Source: an uncultured delta proteobacterium
GTDB taxonomy: Bacteria > Myxococcota > Myxococcia > Myxococcales > Myxococcaceae
Length of the DNA: 64,000 nucleotides
Assembly (NCBI GenBank): GCA_963713045.1
Contig: CAVQKE010000004.1
Location: forward strand, 1,024,001-1,088,000
Reading direction: 5' to 3'
The notes under the pieces are model-generated. The model saw only the letters and a program-made list of their open reading frames with translations, had not been told where the DNA came from and did not search any database. How positions within the stretch are numbered: position 1 is the first letter of the stretch; each line of letters begins with the position of its first letter. Below, piece by piece: positions 27,940 to 37,643 of this stretch. Both the position numbers and the translations under genes were made by a program.

Positions 27940-28488
27940 TCAACGGACGGCGGCACTGATGCGCTTGAATTCGGCCGTCCCGGCCTCACCCAACAAGTCG
28001 AAGAGGGCCGCCTCCACCGTGGCCACCATTGCCCCGGTGTCGGAGGCCAGCTGCAGCCCCACCCGGTGGTCCACCGCGAAGCGAGACAGCACAGCGTCCG
28101 CGCACAGCACGGCCAGCGTGCCCTCCTCGGCCAGCGCACGCACCGTCTGGTAGACGCAAACGTGCGTCTCCATGCCCGCCACCAGCACCTGCCGCCGGCC
28201 GCGCAGCTGAGCCCGGACCCGCTCATCGACGGCGCTGAAGCGAAGCTTCTCCACCGGCAACTGGGCTCCCAGCCTTTCCTTGAGGGCAGCGACGGTGGGC
28301 CCCAGTCCCTTGGGGTACTGCTCGGTATAGACGACGGGCAGCCCCAACACCCGGGCGCCTTCCACCAGCGCGCAGGCGCGCTTCAGCATGCGCTCCAGTT
28401 CCGCCGGCTGCATCGCGGCGGCCAGCTTTTCCTGGACGTCGACCACCAGCAGGGCGGCGTTCTCGCGCTGCAGACGAAAGCCCTTCAC
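27940..28488 (-). CDS. Isochorismatase family hydrolase (YcaC/ISOC-like)
   Basis: LLVVDVQEKL, TEQYPKGLGPT, GMETHVCVYQT, DAVLSR. Confidence 0.9.
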   Translation of the reverse strand: MKGFRLQRENAALLVVDVQEKLAAAMQPAELERMLKRACALVEGARVLGLPVVYTEQYPKGLGPTVAALKERLGAQLPVEKLRFSAVDERVRAQLRGRRQVLVAGMETHVCVYQTVRALAEEGTLAVLCADAVLSRFAVDHRVGLQLASDTGAMVATVEAALFDLLGEAGTAEFKRISAAVR

Positions 28489-30137
28489 ACCGCGTACCCC
28501 ATGGCGCCCGCCTTTACCGGGGCCTCCGGGTCGAGCATGACGTTGACGCAGGCCACCGTCCCGCTGGACAGGGCGCGTTCCAGCGCCGGACGGATGGAGC
28601 GCGGCTCCGTCACCAGTTCCCCATGCCCGCCAAGCGCCCGCACCACCTCGTCGTAGCGGGTGGGCGCAAGCAGCGTGGCGGGGGACTTGTCCGGGCCAAA
28701 CATCGCCAGCTGCGGAATGCGAATTTGCCCCCAGGCGGCGTCGTTGCCCACCACGCACACCATCGGCAACTTGAAGCGCAGCGCGGTGTCGAAGTCCATG
28801 CCGTTGAGGCCGAAGGAGCCGTCCCCCTGAATAATCCACACCTGTCGGTCCGGGTGCAGCAGCTTGCTGGCGATGGCAAAGGGGGCGCCCACCCCGAGGC
28901 AGCCCAACGGGCCAGGGTCAAGCCAGCGTCCGGGATGCTTGAGGGTGATGACTTTGGCCGCCATCGCCACCCAGTTGCCGCCGTCGGCGATGAAGACCGG
29001 GTCGCGCGCCCCGGCATTGGCCACCTGGGAAAGCTCCCGCGCCAGCCGGTAGTGGTGAATGGGGACTTCGTCACTCTTGCACCAGACTTCCAGGGCCTGG
29101 GCCTTCCTGTCCTCGCTGGCCCGGAGCTCCGTCAGGTAGGCGGTGCGCTTGGCGTGCGGAGCGTCCGCGGCGAAGGCGGCCAGCGCTGAGGCGCTGTCGG
29201 CAATGAGGCCGACCTCCACCGCGCGGTTCCGGCCAATCTCCACCGGGTCGACATCCACCTGCACAATTTTGGAAGTCGCGCTGAAGGTGGGCTCGGCACC
29301 GTAGTTGAGTCGGAAGTCGAAGGGCGTCCCCACCACGAAGACGAGGTCCGAGGTGCTCAGCGCCTCCTTGCGGGTGTGCTGGAAAAAGAGGGGGTGGTCC
29401 GGCGGCAGACAGCCTCGCCCAGCGCCGTTGAGGTACACCGGCATCTGCGTGCGTTCGCAGAAGCGGGCCAGCTCCTCCCAGGCGCTGTCCCACCAGACGC
29501 TGGAGCCGGCGATGCAGGTGGGCCGCTCGGCGGAGGCGAGGAGGGCCATGGCCTGCTCCACGCCGGCCGGGTCGGGGGGCATCCGTGCCGACGTCCGGTA
29601 GTGGGTGGGCATCTGCAGCGTCGCCTCATCCACGGCGTTGCACAGCACGTCCCAGGCCAACTCAAGAAACACCGGCCCTGGGCGCCCGGAAAGGGCGACA
29701 CGGAAAGCCTTGGCCAAATACAGCGGCACCAACTCCGGCGTGGGGACGCGGTCGGACCACTTGGCAATCCGGTGGAAGAGGTCGACCTGCTCCATCTCCT
29801 GAAGGCTGCCGCGGCTCTGGTTGAAGAGGGGCGCCGCACCCCCCAACAGCAGCAGCGGCGAGCTGGCGGCATAGGCGTTGGCCACGCCGGTCAGTGCGTC
29901 GGTCACGCCGGGGCCCGCCGTCACCACCGCCACCCCCAGGCCACGCGTGCTGCGGGCGTAGGCGTCGGCGGCATGCGCCGCCGCCTGCTCGTGGCGGGTG
30001 TCCACCACCGCAATGCCCTCTTCCACCAGCCCGGCGTAAATCGGCGCCACGTGCAGCCCGGACAGGGTGAAGACGTGGCGAATGCCTTCCTGCTTCAGCA
30101 TCCGTGCAACCAGTTGTCCGCCGGTGAGCATCGCCAT
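28485..30137 (-). CDS. Thiamine pyrophosphate-dependent enzyme (acetolactate synthase-like / 2-hydroxyacyl-CoA lyase-like)
   Basis: DTRHEQAAAHAADAY, TAGPG, DPGPLGCLGVG, GDGSFG..GND TPP motif. Confidence 0.9.
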   Translation of the reverse strand: MAMLTGGQLVARMLKQEGIRHVFTLSGLHVAPIYAGLVEEGIAVVDTRHEQAAAHAADAYARSTRGLGVAVVTAGPGVTDALTGVANAYAASSPLLLLGGAAPLFNQSRGSLQEMEQVDLFHRIAKWSDRVPTPELVPLYLAKAFRVALSGRPGPVFLELAWDVLCNAVDEATLQMPTHYRTSARMPPDPAGVEQAMALLASAERPTCIAGSSVWWDSAWEELARFCERTQMPVYLNGAGRGCLPPDHPLFFQHTRKEALSTSDLVFVVGTPFDFRLNYGAEPTFSATSKIVQVDVDPVEIGRNRAVEVGLIADSASALAAFAADAPHAKRTAYLTELRASEDRKAQALEVWCKSDEVPIHHYRLARELSQVANAGARDPVFIADGGNWVAMAAKVITLKHPGRWLDPGPLGCLGVGAPFAIASKLLHPDRQVWIIQGDGSFGLNGMDFDTALRFKLPMVCVVGNDAAWGQIRIPQLAMFGPDKSPATLLAPTRYDEVVRALGGHGELVTEPRSIRPALERALSSGTVACVNVMLDPEAPVKAGAMGYAV

Positions 30138-30160
30138 GGTGGCATGCTGTCCTAGCTCCG

Positions 30161-31651
30161 GTGCTCCCCCATGTCCAAGCGCTGCTGCGCCACGCTGCCG
30201 CCGTCGCTCCACGGCTCTTCGCCTTGACGGCCGAAGGCGGCCTGGCCGTGACCCACCCGGACGGCAGCACCCTGCCCATCCCGGTCGGCGCGACCCCCGT
30301 CGTCCTCGAAGCCAACGCCATCCAGGCGCGGCGGGACATTGCGGCACAGCTGGCCTCGGCCGGCTTCAAAATGGCGCAGGCCATTGTCCAAAGCCCCCAG
30401 CGCGCTTGGCTGCTCGACGCCCTTGGGCCCGTCGAGCGCCGTCTGGTGGAGAAGGCGTCGCCTGGCCTCTTCGGACTGGCCATCGCCCGCGTGGACTTCT
30501 TCTCTGGCCGCCGGCTCTCCGCGCTGGAACTCAACGCCACCATTCCTGCCATGCCCGGCTACTCGGACATCGCAGCTGCCGGTTACATCGACGCTGCCGG
30601 GGAGTTGGCCGGGCTTGCCTCCGAGGAGTGCCAGCGGCTGAAAACCCGCAACGGAAGCAATGGCGCCGCGCTTTACCAGGCGCTCCTCCAAGGCTTCGCG
30701 CTGGCGCGCAACGGAAGCCGGCCGAAACGCCTGGCCATTTTGTGTCGGCGGGCCGATGCCCAACTGACGGAACTGGTGTACCTGGCCGAGCACTTTGCGG
30801 CGCTGGGGACGGAGACCGACCTCATCTACCCGGACGAGCTGTCCAGCACGGACGCGGTGGAGGCGCGCGGCCAGCGCTTTGACTGCGTCTACCGCCACCT
30901 CTTCCTGCGCCGGCTGGAGGCCGCCTCTTCCCCTTGGCTGGAGGCCTTCTTCGGCGCCCCGGAGCGCTTTGGGGCCGTCCTTCTCAACGGGCCCGCGGCC
31001 CACGTTGAGACCAAGGCCAACTTTGCCCTTCTCTCCCGCGCCCTGGTGGAGCCGGCCCTGGCCGAGCGAGCCGCCCTCAGTGCGGAGGAATTCGCCGCCG
31101 TCCAGCAGTACGTGCCCTGGACGCGGCAGCTGCTGCCAGGGCCGGGCGTCGACCCGGACGGCGCGGCTGTCCCGGACTTGGTGGCCCGCGTCGCCGCCGA
31201 GCCGGCGCGCTTCGTCCTGAAGCGGGCCTGGGACTATGGCGGCAAAACCGTCTTCGTCGGAAGCCATGCGCACGAGGCGGGCTTCGCCATGCGGGCGCAA
31301 ACCACCTTCGGTCAGCCCTTGGCCTGGCCAGCCCTGGTCACCGCCGCTTCCCAGGACAGCCGCGGCGGCGGCTTCGTGGTGCAGCAGCGGGTGGATGTCC
31401 CGCTGGAGAAACATTGGATTGCCAGCGGCGCGGGCGTGGTGGAGATGGACCTTTTCGTCGACTACTCGGCCTTCTGCTCGGTCGGCTTGGACCCGCAGCC
31501 CCCTTGGGGGGGCGTGGTGCGCGCCTCGGCCTCGCCCATCGTCAACATTCTCGGCGGAGGCGGCGTGCTGCCGGTGTTGAGGGCCGAGGTGGCCGCGGCG
31601 CTGGACCGCGCTCTCGCCGCGCGGCCGGTCGGCAGAGAAGGCTCTCCTTGA
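30161..31651 (+). CDS. Circularly permuted ATP-grasp-like protein
   Basis: ARVDFF...LELNA, VYRH, ETKANFALL, VPWTR, FVLKRAWDYGGKTVFVG, VVQQRV, VVR..IVNI..GGG. Confidence 0.6.
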   Translation: MLPHVQALLRHAAAVAPRLFALTAEGGLAVTHPDGSTLPIPVGATPVVLEANAIQARRDIAAQLASAGFKMAQAIVQSPQRAWLLDALGPVERRLVEKASPGLFGLAIARVDFFSGRRLSALELNATIPAMPGYSDIAAAGYIDAAGELAGLASEECQRLKTRNGSNGAALYQALLQGFALARNGSRPKRLAILCRRADAQLTELVYLAEHFAALGTETDLIYPDELSSTDAVEARGQRFDCVYRHLFLRRLEAASSPWLEAFFGAPERFGAVLLNGPAAHVETKANFALLSRALVEPALAERAALSAEEFAAVQQYVPWTRQLLPGPGVDPDGAAVPDLVARVAAEPARFVLKRAWDYGGKTVFVGSHAHEAGFAMRAQTTFGQPLAWPALVTAASQDSRGGGFVVQQRVDVPLEKHWIASGAGVVEMDLFVDYSAFCSVGLDPQPPWGGVVRASASPIVNILGGGGVLPVLRAEVAAALDRALAARPVGREGSP

Positions 31652-31696
31652 AGCAAGGGCGCGGGCTGCTCGGGGCGGCCGGCTTCGGACGGACGT

Positions 31697-32482
31697 CTAC
31701 TGAATGGTCAGGTTGTACGTCAGCGTCACATTGACGCCGTGGGCGTCCTGTGCGTTGTAGACGACCGTGTGTTGGCCCGGCGCCAAGGCCTTCAGCATGA
31801 TGGCGAAGGCGTCGGAAACAGCCGGCTGAGGCGAGCCGGTAATGCAGCCGTCGAGCGTGCTCTGAAGGCTGAGACTGCCGGTAAGGTCAAACAGGTCATC
31901 GCTGGTTTCTCGGTAGTCGAAGATGTGCAACAGCTTCGCCCCATCCAGGGACAGGCTTTGCGCGGTCAGCGAGTCGGGTCCCCCCTGCGCGCCTGCCAGT
32001 AAAAATTCATAAAGGGTCTGGCCGTCGGCCGGCTGAAAGTTTGGCTGAGGGCAGGGGTAGTCGTTGACGACACCCGACGTCACAAAGAGCAGCGCCTTGC
32101 CCTGAGGGATGGTGCAGGTGCGGGTAAAGCTGGCGGTGGTCCCCGGGTCGAGGACCGGCGGGAGAAACCAGACGGGGCCGTCCGGCTGGTCGACGGCGCA
32201 GTCCACGCCGGTGGTGTCCAACAGCGGATTCTGCCCGTTCGGTACCGAATACACCCACTGCCACAGCCTCTCCGTCCACCGCTCCAAGCTTGTGCCAAAG
32301 GGCCGGCTGTGCGGTTCATAGGCTTGGCTATTGCGAGGGCGGTCTCCCCCGGGCGCCACGTCCAGGGCGGAGTTGGCTTGGCCTGGCGGCGGCGGCACGC
32401 TGCCGCTGACGCCGGAACCGCACGCGAGGAACGCGACAAAGCCCAAGCAACCGAAGCCCACCATCCAATTCGTCCATTTCAT
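31697..32482 (-). CDS. Hypothetical lipoprotein
   Basis: Lipobox FLAC; WQW...NPLLDTTG.DC...PVWFL; AGGAGG RBS upstream. Confidence 0.7.
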   Translation of the reverse strand: MKWTNWMVGFGCLGFVAFLACGSGVSGSVPPPPGQANSALDVAPGGDRPRNSQAYEPHSRPFGTSLERWTERLWQWVYSVPNGQNPLLDTTGVDCAVDQPDGPVWFLPPVLDPGTTASFTRTCTIPQGKALLFVTSGVVNDYPCPQPNFQPADGQTLYEFLLAGAQGGPDSLTAQSLSLDGAKLLHIFDYRETSDDLFDLTGSLSLQSTLDGCITGSPQPAVSDAFAIMLKALAPGQHTVVYNAQDAHGVNVTLTYNLTIQ

Positions 32483-32621
32483 GAAGGCCTCCTTTCACCA
32501 GCGCCAAGACGATGGTGGCGGTGCGGTCCAGAAGGAGGATCCAGTTTTCAGAAAGCCGAGGTGCCAGGGGCCTCTGCTGAACGACCCTCGTCAAGGCCTG
32601 TGGGCGCGTGACGGGAGCCTC

Positions 32622-34158
32622 TCAGCGCGTGCCAGCCGCCCACTTCGGTGGACGATGGCTCTCTGGACGAAGCGCTGGAGTGGAGGCGGGGCGTTGCATC
32701 GCCGGAAGGGCCGCTGACATGCGCTTCACGGCCTCGTCCAATTCCCCTTCATCCAGTGGAGAGAAGCCGAGGCGGATGGCTTGCACCAGCGCGTCGTTGA
32801 AGTCGTACTGCCGGCCGCTGACGAAGGCCACGCCATGGTTGAGGGCGCGTGCGGCCCAGTCCGCCAGGTCCACGTCCGGCGCCACCCGCGCCCACAGTGC
32901 CATGCCCCCCGCCGGCACCTGGAATGCGATGATTCCGTGGAGGTGCCGGCGGAGCGCCTCGGCCAGCGCGTCGCGCCGCCCGCGGTAGACCCGGCGCATT
33001 CGGCGCACGTGCCGCATCAGGTCGCCGTCTTCGAAGAGTTCGGCAACGGCGCACTCGTGCGCCAAGTCGCCTTGCAGGTCTGCGACTTGCCGGAGCGCCC
33101 GGACGCGCTCCAGCACCGCGGGCGGCGCCACCAGGTAGCCAATGCGCAGGCCGGGGGCGAGGACTTTGGACAGCGTCCCAATGTAGACGACGACGCCAAC
33201 CTCGTCCCTGGCCGCGAGCGGCAGGACCGGCCGCCCCTCATAGTGAAAGTCGTGGTCGTAGTCGTCTTCGATGAGGGCAATTCGGCGCGCGCGCGCCAAC
33301 TGGAGCAGCTGCATCCGGCGGGTGGCCGGCATCACCGCGGTGGTGGGAAATTGGTGGTGCGGGGTGAGGTAGACCGCCCGGATGCGCTGGCTCTCGGCCA
33401 ACCTCGTCAAGGCGGCAACATCCAGGCCCGAGGCGTCCACCGGGACCGGCAACAGCTGTGCGCCGGCCAGCCGCAGTGCAGTCCATGCCGCGCGATTGCC
33501 CAGCGCCTCCACCGCCACCACGTCGCCAGGGCTCAACAGTGCGCGGGCCACCAAATCGAGCGCCATCTGGCTGCCGCGGGTCACCACCACGTCATCGGCC
33601 CCGACCGCGATGCCGCGGGTGGTGGTCAACATCTCGGACAGGGCAGTCCGCAGACGCACATGTCCGCGCGGGTCCCCGTAACCCAACAGCGCTGCGCCGT
33701 GGCGAGCCAACGCCCGACGGTAGGCGCGCGTCAGCTCAGCAACTGGAACCAGGCGCGGGTCGGGAGCCCCCTTGGCCAACACCAGCGTGCCGGCCGGCCA
33801 GGAGGGTGGCGCGGCAACGGCCAGCGGCGGCCCGACGTCGTAGCCGGCGAGACGCTGCCGCGTCCCGGCGGGGGCGACCGGGCCTTGGTCGAAGGGCGTC
33901 GGAAGGTGCTGGGCGATGAAGGTTCCCCCAGCCCGAGTGGTCTCGATCCGATCCTTGCGCGGCAAGCTCGCCATAGGCAGCCAGGACCGTGTTGCGGTGG
34001 ACGTGCAGCGCATTGGCTAGGGTGCGCGAGCCGGGCAGGCGCGCGCCCGGCACCAGGCGTCCGCTGCGGATGTCGGTGAGGACCGCCTCGGCAAGCTGCA
34101 AAAAAAGAGGCAGCTTGCCTGCGGGGTCCAAGGCCACGGTCAACTCCCACGAGCGCAC
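32622..34158 (-). pseudogene. MocR/GabR-family PLP-dependent GntR regulator, split by a 1-bp frameshift
   Basis: wHTH (PLFLQL..RLPGSRTLA..VHRNTVLAAYGEL) in one frame and aminotransferase-like domain (IEDDYD, GTLSKVLAPGLRIGY) in another; removing G33950 restores AQGWIET. Confidence 0.8.
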
Positions 34159-34211
34159 GGGGAACGTCTCTCTTCCAGGGCCACATCCTCCGCCCTCTGC
34201 CGGGTCCTTGG

Positions 34212-34246
34212 ACTGGACCAGTTCCTAGAAAACCCGCTAGACCAGT
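34212..34246. promoter_or_regulatory. Candidate MocR-family binding site
   Basis: ACTGGACCAGT inverted repeat plus direct repeat CT(G/A)GACCAGT at 34213 and 34237, upstream of the regulator. Confidence 0.5.
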
Positions 34247-34579
34247 GCGGGCTCCCGGCCGCGTTCGCGTGCCCTGTCAAGCGTCGAGCGGTGGTGGCCT
34301 GCTGCGATGTCTGTGCAGCGAGTTCGGCTGCTCCTCCAGCCTTCCTCTCGCGGCAAAACCCAGCCTGTCTGTCCTTCCGCTTCGACGACATCGACAACCC
34401 CAACGGCGCACATCATCCGACCGTCGACGGGCGTCCCGGAAGGCGATGCAGCGAAGGGCTGCATTGAAGCCGTGGGCGACGTTGCCTTCCCCCTCCGTTG
34501 CGCAGCTTTGCCAGGGAGGGCCGTTGGGCGCGCAGCCGGCGCTCCACTTTGGGGGGCGGGGCGCGCTTTGGGCGCGGGC

Positions 34580-36451
34580 CTACTTCTTCTGGCGCGCCAA
34601 AATGACCTCCATCTCATCCATCACCCGGTTCATCTCCCGCATGGCCGCGTCAAACGGGGCGGAGGTGGTCGGGTCGACGCCCGCGGCCTTCAACAGGTCC
34701 ACCGGGTACTTGGACCCGCCGGCTTTCAGCATCGCGAGGTAGCGGTCCCGGGCTGCAGTCTGGCCCTTGGCCGCCTCGTCCCGAATGGCCTGCGCCAGGG
34801 ACGTCGAGGCGATGATGCTGGTGGCGTATTGGTAGACGTAAAAGTTGTAATAGAAGTGCGGGATGGCGGCCCATTCGATGGCCAGCAGGTCATCCACCTG
34901 GGTCACGCCCAGGTCGTGCCCGTAATATTCTCGCACCAGTTTGAGGTAGCGCTTGGAAAGCTCCTCGCCGGTGAGCGGCTCATCGCGTTCCGCCGCCTCG
35001 TGAATCGCCAACTCAAACTCGGCAAATTGCGTCTGTCGAAAGAGTGTGCCGCGAAGGCCGTCGAGGTAGTTGCCGAGCAGGACCAACCGCACGGCATCGT
35101 CCTTCGTCTTGTCCAGCATGTAGTGGAAGAGGAGGTTTTCGTTCAGCGTTGAGGCCACCTCAGCAACAAAAATCTGGTACCCCGAAGTCGGGTAGGGCTG
35201 GGTCGAGTTGGCCAGGTAGGTGTGCATCGAATGGCCCGACTCGTGCGCCAGCGTCCGAAGGTCGTCGTACTTCCCGTTGAAGTTGAGCAGCTGGTAGGGG
35301 TGCACCCCCCAGACTCCAGTGGAGTAGGCGCCAGAACGCTTCCCGGTGGACGGCAGGTAGTCTGTCCAGCGACTCTCGAAGCCTTTGCGGAGGCCATCGA
35401 CATAGTCCTTGCCCAGCGGCGCAACCGCCTCCAGCACCAGGGCGCGCGCCTCGTCCGGCCCGTAGGTGAGGTCCACCGTTCCAACCAGCGGCAGGTAGAG
35501 GTCCTGGTAGCGAAGCACGTCCAGGCCGAGCATCCGCTTGCGCAGGCGCAGGTAGCGATGGAGCGTCGGAAGGTTGCGGCGCACGTCGGAGACCAGCTGC
35601 TTGTAGACCGCCACCGGGATGGCATTGGGAAAGAGGGCAGCTTCGACCGAGGACGAGTAGCCACGGATTTTCTTGGTGAAAACGTGGGTCTTGACGTGCG
35701 CGTCCAGCGTCGCGCCCATGGTCCGCTCGTAAACCTTGAGCGCTGCAAAGAAGGCATTGAAGACTTTGTCACGGTCTTCCCGCAGCGCCGCCGCGCGGTA
35801 GCGGGTAAAGGCCGCGGGGTCGAGCCGGACCTCCCCGGTGGAGAGCTTGACGGTGGGCCAGGGGAGGTCGGCGTTGGCGAGGACGCTGTAGACCCCTTGT
35901 CCGGCGCCGGCCAGGTTACCCGCTTCGGCGGCGATTTTTTCTTCAGGCGCCGACAGCGTGTGTTGCCGCCGGCGGAGAATGTCATTCAGGTAGAAGGCAT
36001 AGGGTTGAAGCCGCTTCTCCTGTGCCAGGAAGGCGCGGACCTTCTCCTCGCCCAGCGCGATGACTTCGGGTTCGAAGTACGCCGTGGCCGCTCCCAGGTC
36101 GGTGGCCAGCTGCTCGGCCGCGAGTTTGAGCTCGCGTGGCCGCTGTTCCCGGAGGTCTTGGTCCGAGAGCGAACTGGCGTAGACGTAGACGCGCTCCAGA
36201 AGGAGCTGGGTTGCGTAGATGGCATCCAGCGCCTTCCACAGCGCTTCCGGTGAATCCCCCAGGTGCCCGCGGTACCCGGGGAGAGCGGCCATCCGCTTGC
36301 GCACGTCGTCCCGCCCTGCCGACCAAGCCGCTTCATTGGGGAACAGGTCCGCCAGGTTCCAGGTGTATTTCAGCGGAATGTCGCGCCGGTCGGTGACGCT
36401 GGCCGGAAGCGTGGCGAGGAGTGCGGTCACAAGAAGGAGTTGGGTTTGCAT
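34580..36451 (-). CDS. pepF: Oligoendopeptidase F (M3B) with signal peptide
   Basis: YTWNLADLF, GKRSGAYS, HESGHSMH (HEXXH), AEVAST, FRQTQFAEFE, IPHFY.NFYVYQYATS. Confidence 0.92.
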   Translation of the reverse strand: MQTQLLLVTALLATLPASVTDRRDIPLKYTWNLADLFPNEAAWSAGRDDVRKRMAALPGYRGHLGDSPEALWKALDAIYATQLLLERVYVYASSLSDQDLREQRPRELKLAAEQLATDLGAATAYFEPEVIALGEEKVRAFLAQEKRLQPYAFYLNDILRRRQHTLSAPEEKIAAEAGNLAGAGQGVYSVLANADLPWPTVKLSTGEVRLDPAAFTRYRAAALREDRDKVFNAFFAALKVYERTMGATLDAHVKTHVFTKKIRGYSSSVEAALFPNAIPVAVYKQLVSDVRRNLPTLHRYLRLRKRMLGLDVLRYQDLYLPLVGTVDLTYGPDEARALVLEAVAPLGKDYVDGLRKGFESRWTDYLPSTGKRSGAYSTGVWGVHPYQLLNFNGKYDDLRTLAHESGHSMHTYLANSTQPYPTSGYQIFVAEVASTLNENLLFHYMLDKTKDDAVRLVLLGNYLDGLRGTLFRQTQFAEFELAIHEAAERDEPLTGEELSKRYLKLVREYYGHDLGVTQVDDLLAIEWAAIPHFYYNFYVYQYATSIIASTSLAQAIRDEAAKGQTAARDRYLAMLKAGGSKYPVDLLKAAGVDPTTSAPFDAAMREMNRVMDEMEVILARQKK

Positions 36452-36659
36452 GGTGGGGATGCCGCCGGAGGTGGGGGAGCGCCAATTGGCACATCGTCCC
36501 TGACGGGACAAGGAGTGTCTGATTGCTGTCCTCGCCCAAGAAACCTTCGCCAGAGGCCGCTCAGTGCTTCGGCCCCTGGTTCAACCTGCCCCCCTAGTCA
36601 CCCGTCCTCAGCCGGAGGGTCACTGGCAGTGCGCAACCTGGGGTGTCTACGCTGGTCCA

Positions 36660-37025
36660 GTGCGCGCTTTCGTGGCCGGAGCGCTGTTCCTCGCCGCCTG
36701 CTCGACCGGGCCCGACTGCACGCTCGTTCCTACACCCATTGGTTTGTTCCCTAGCGCCTGCGTCATTGTGGTCTCCAACGGCAACAACCTCCCCGCCGTC
36801 GTGATGGCGACGTACGCTCCATGCTCCTGCCCGCTACCGGCGCCCGACTGCACCCTCCTGCCAACGCCCGGCGGTTATGCCCCGAAGGCCTGCGTCATTG
36901 AGGTGCCCAACGACGCGACCGTCAGCGACACCCCTGATGGCGGCACGGTTGTCAGCCTCAACGGGCGCGTGCTGGCGACGTATCCGCCATGTCCCTGCGC
37001 ACGCCCGGATGGTGGTTTTAATTGA
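36660..37025 (+). CDS. Small Cys-rich lipoprotein with internal duplication
   Basis: Lipobox LAAC; two PDCTL.PTP.G..P.ACVI.V...ATY.PC.C units; DNA repeats 132 bp apart. Confidence 0.6.
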   Translation: MRAFVAGALFLAACSTGPDCTLVPTPIGLFPSACVIVVSNGNNLPAVVMATYAPCSCPLPAPDCTLLPTPGGYAPKACVIEVPNDATVSDTPDGGTVVSLNGRVLATYPPCPCARPDGGFN

Positions 37026-37209
37026 AGAAGTTGAAGAAAGGGTGGCGGCAGCTCGTTTGCATTCGAGAGTAGGTCGGCCCGCAGGTGAGCGGATTTGCTC
37101 GCGCCCGTTCGCCCCAGCTTCGAGCCTTCCGGCTCGCACCAGCCCGGTCCACACCTAAGTAAAGAGGCGAAGGTCCGCCACCCACTCTGCCTCGCCGTCC
37201 GTGGCTGGC

Positions 37210-37506
37210 CTACCGGTAGTCGCCGCAAGCCACGCCCGCCGGAATACAGCGCCAGTAGCTGTTGTCGCACTGGTCGAGGCAGGAGTCGCTCGGAATGCCC
37301 GTCCCATCGGGTCCTGCGCAGGCAGTCTTGCAGGCACTGCGGGCGCTCCTGCAGCGCCGACACATTTGTCCCGGCGTTTCGGGGCCGCCGCCCGCGTCGG
37401 CCGTCGGAAGCGATTGGGCATGGAGTTGCGCCGGTCCGCTGAGGATGGCGAGGGCGCCGGCAACCAAGGGCACGGCGAGGACGGGCCAGCGACGGACGAA
37501 AGTCAT
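37210..37506 (-). CDS. Small secreted 8-Cys protein
   Basis: GGAG RBS, signal peptide ending LHA, mature part with CxxC/CxxxC pattern. Confidence 0.6.
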   Translation of the reverse strand: MTFVRRWPVLAVPLVAGALAILSGPAQLHAQSLPTADAGGGPETPGQMCRRCRSARSACKTACAGPDGTGIPSDSCLDQCDNSYWRCIPAGVACGDYR

Positions 37507-37643
37507 GGCGAAGTCTCCCGAAGCAGGAGGGTATCCCAACGCCGAGCAGGCGCCGGAGGCTTTTGCAGGTGCTTCCTCTGCGGGCTGCTCCGCGCATGCC
37601 GGGCTCATGTCGCCGGCTCACCCGATGGTTATGTTGGCATTCC

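Noticed and set aside
34245..34579. Possible small gene divergent from the MocR regulator
   Set aside because: No ORF with convincing RBS, motif or stop before running antisense into pepF
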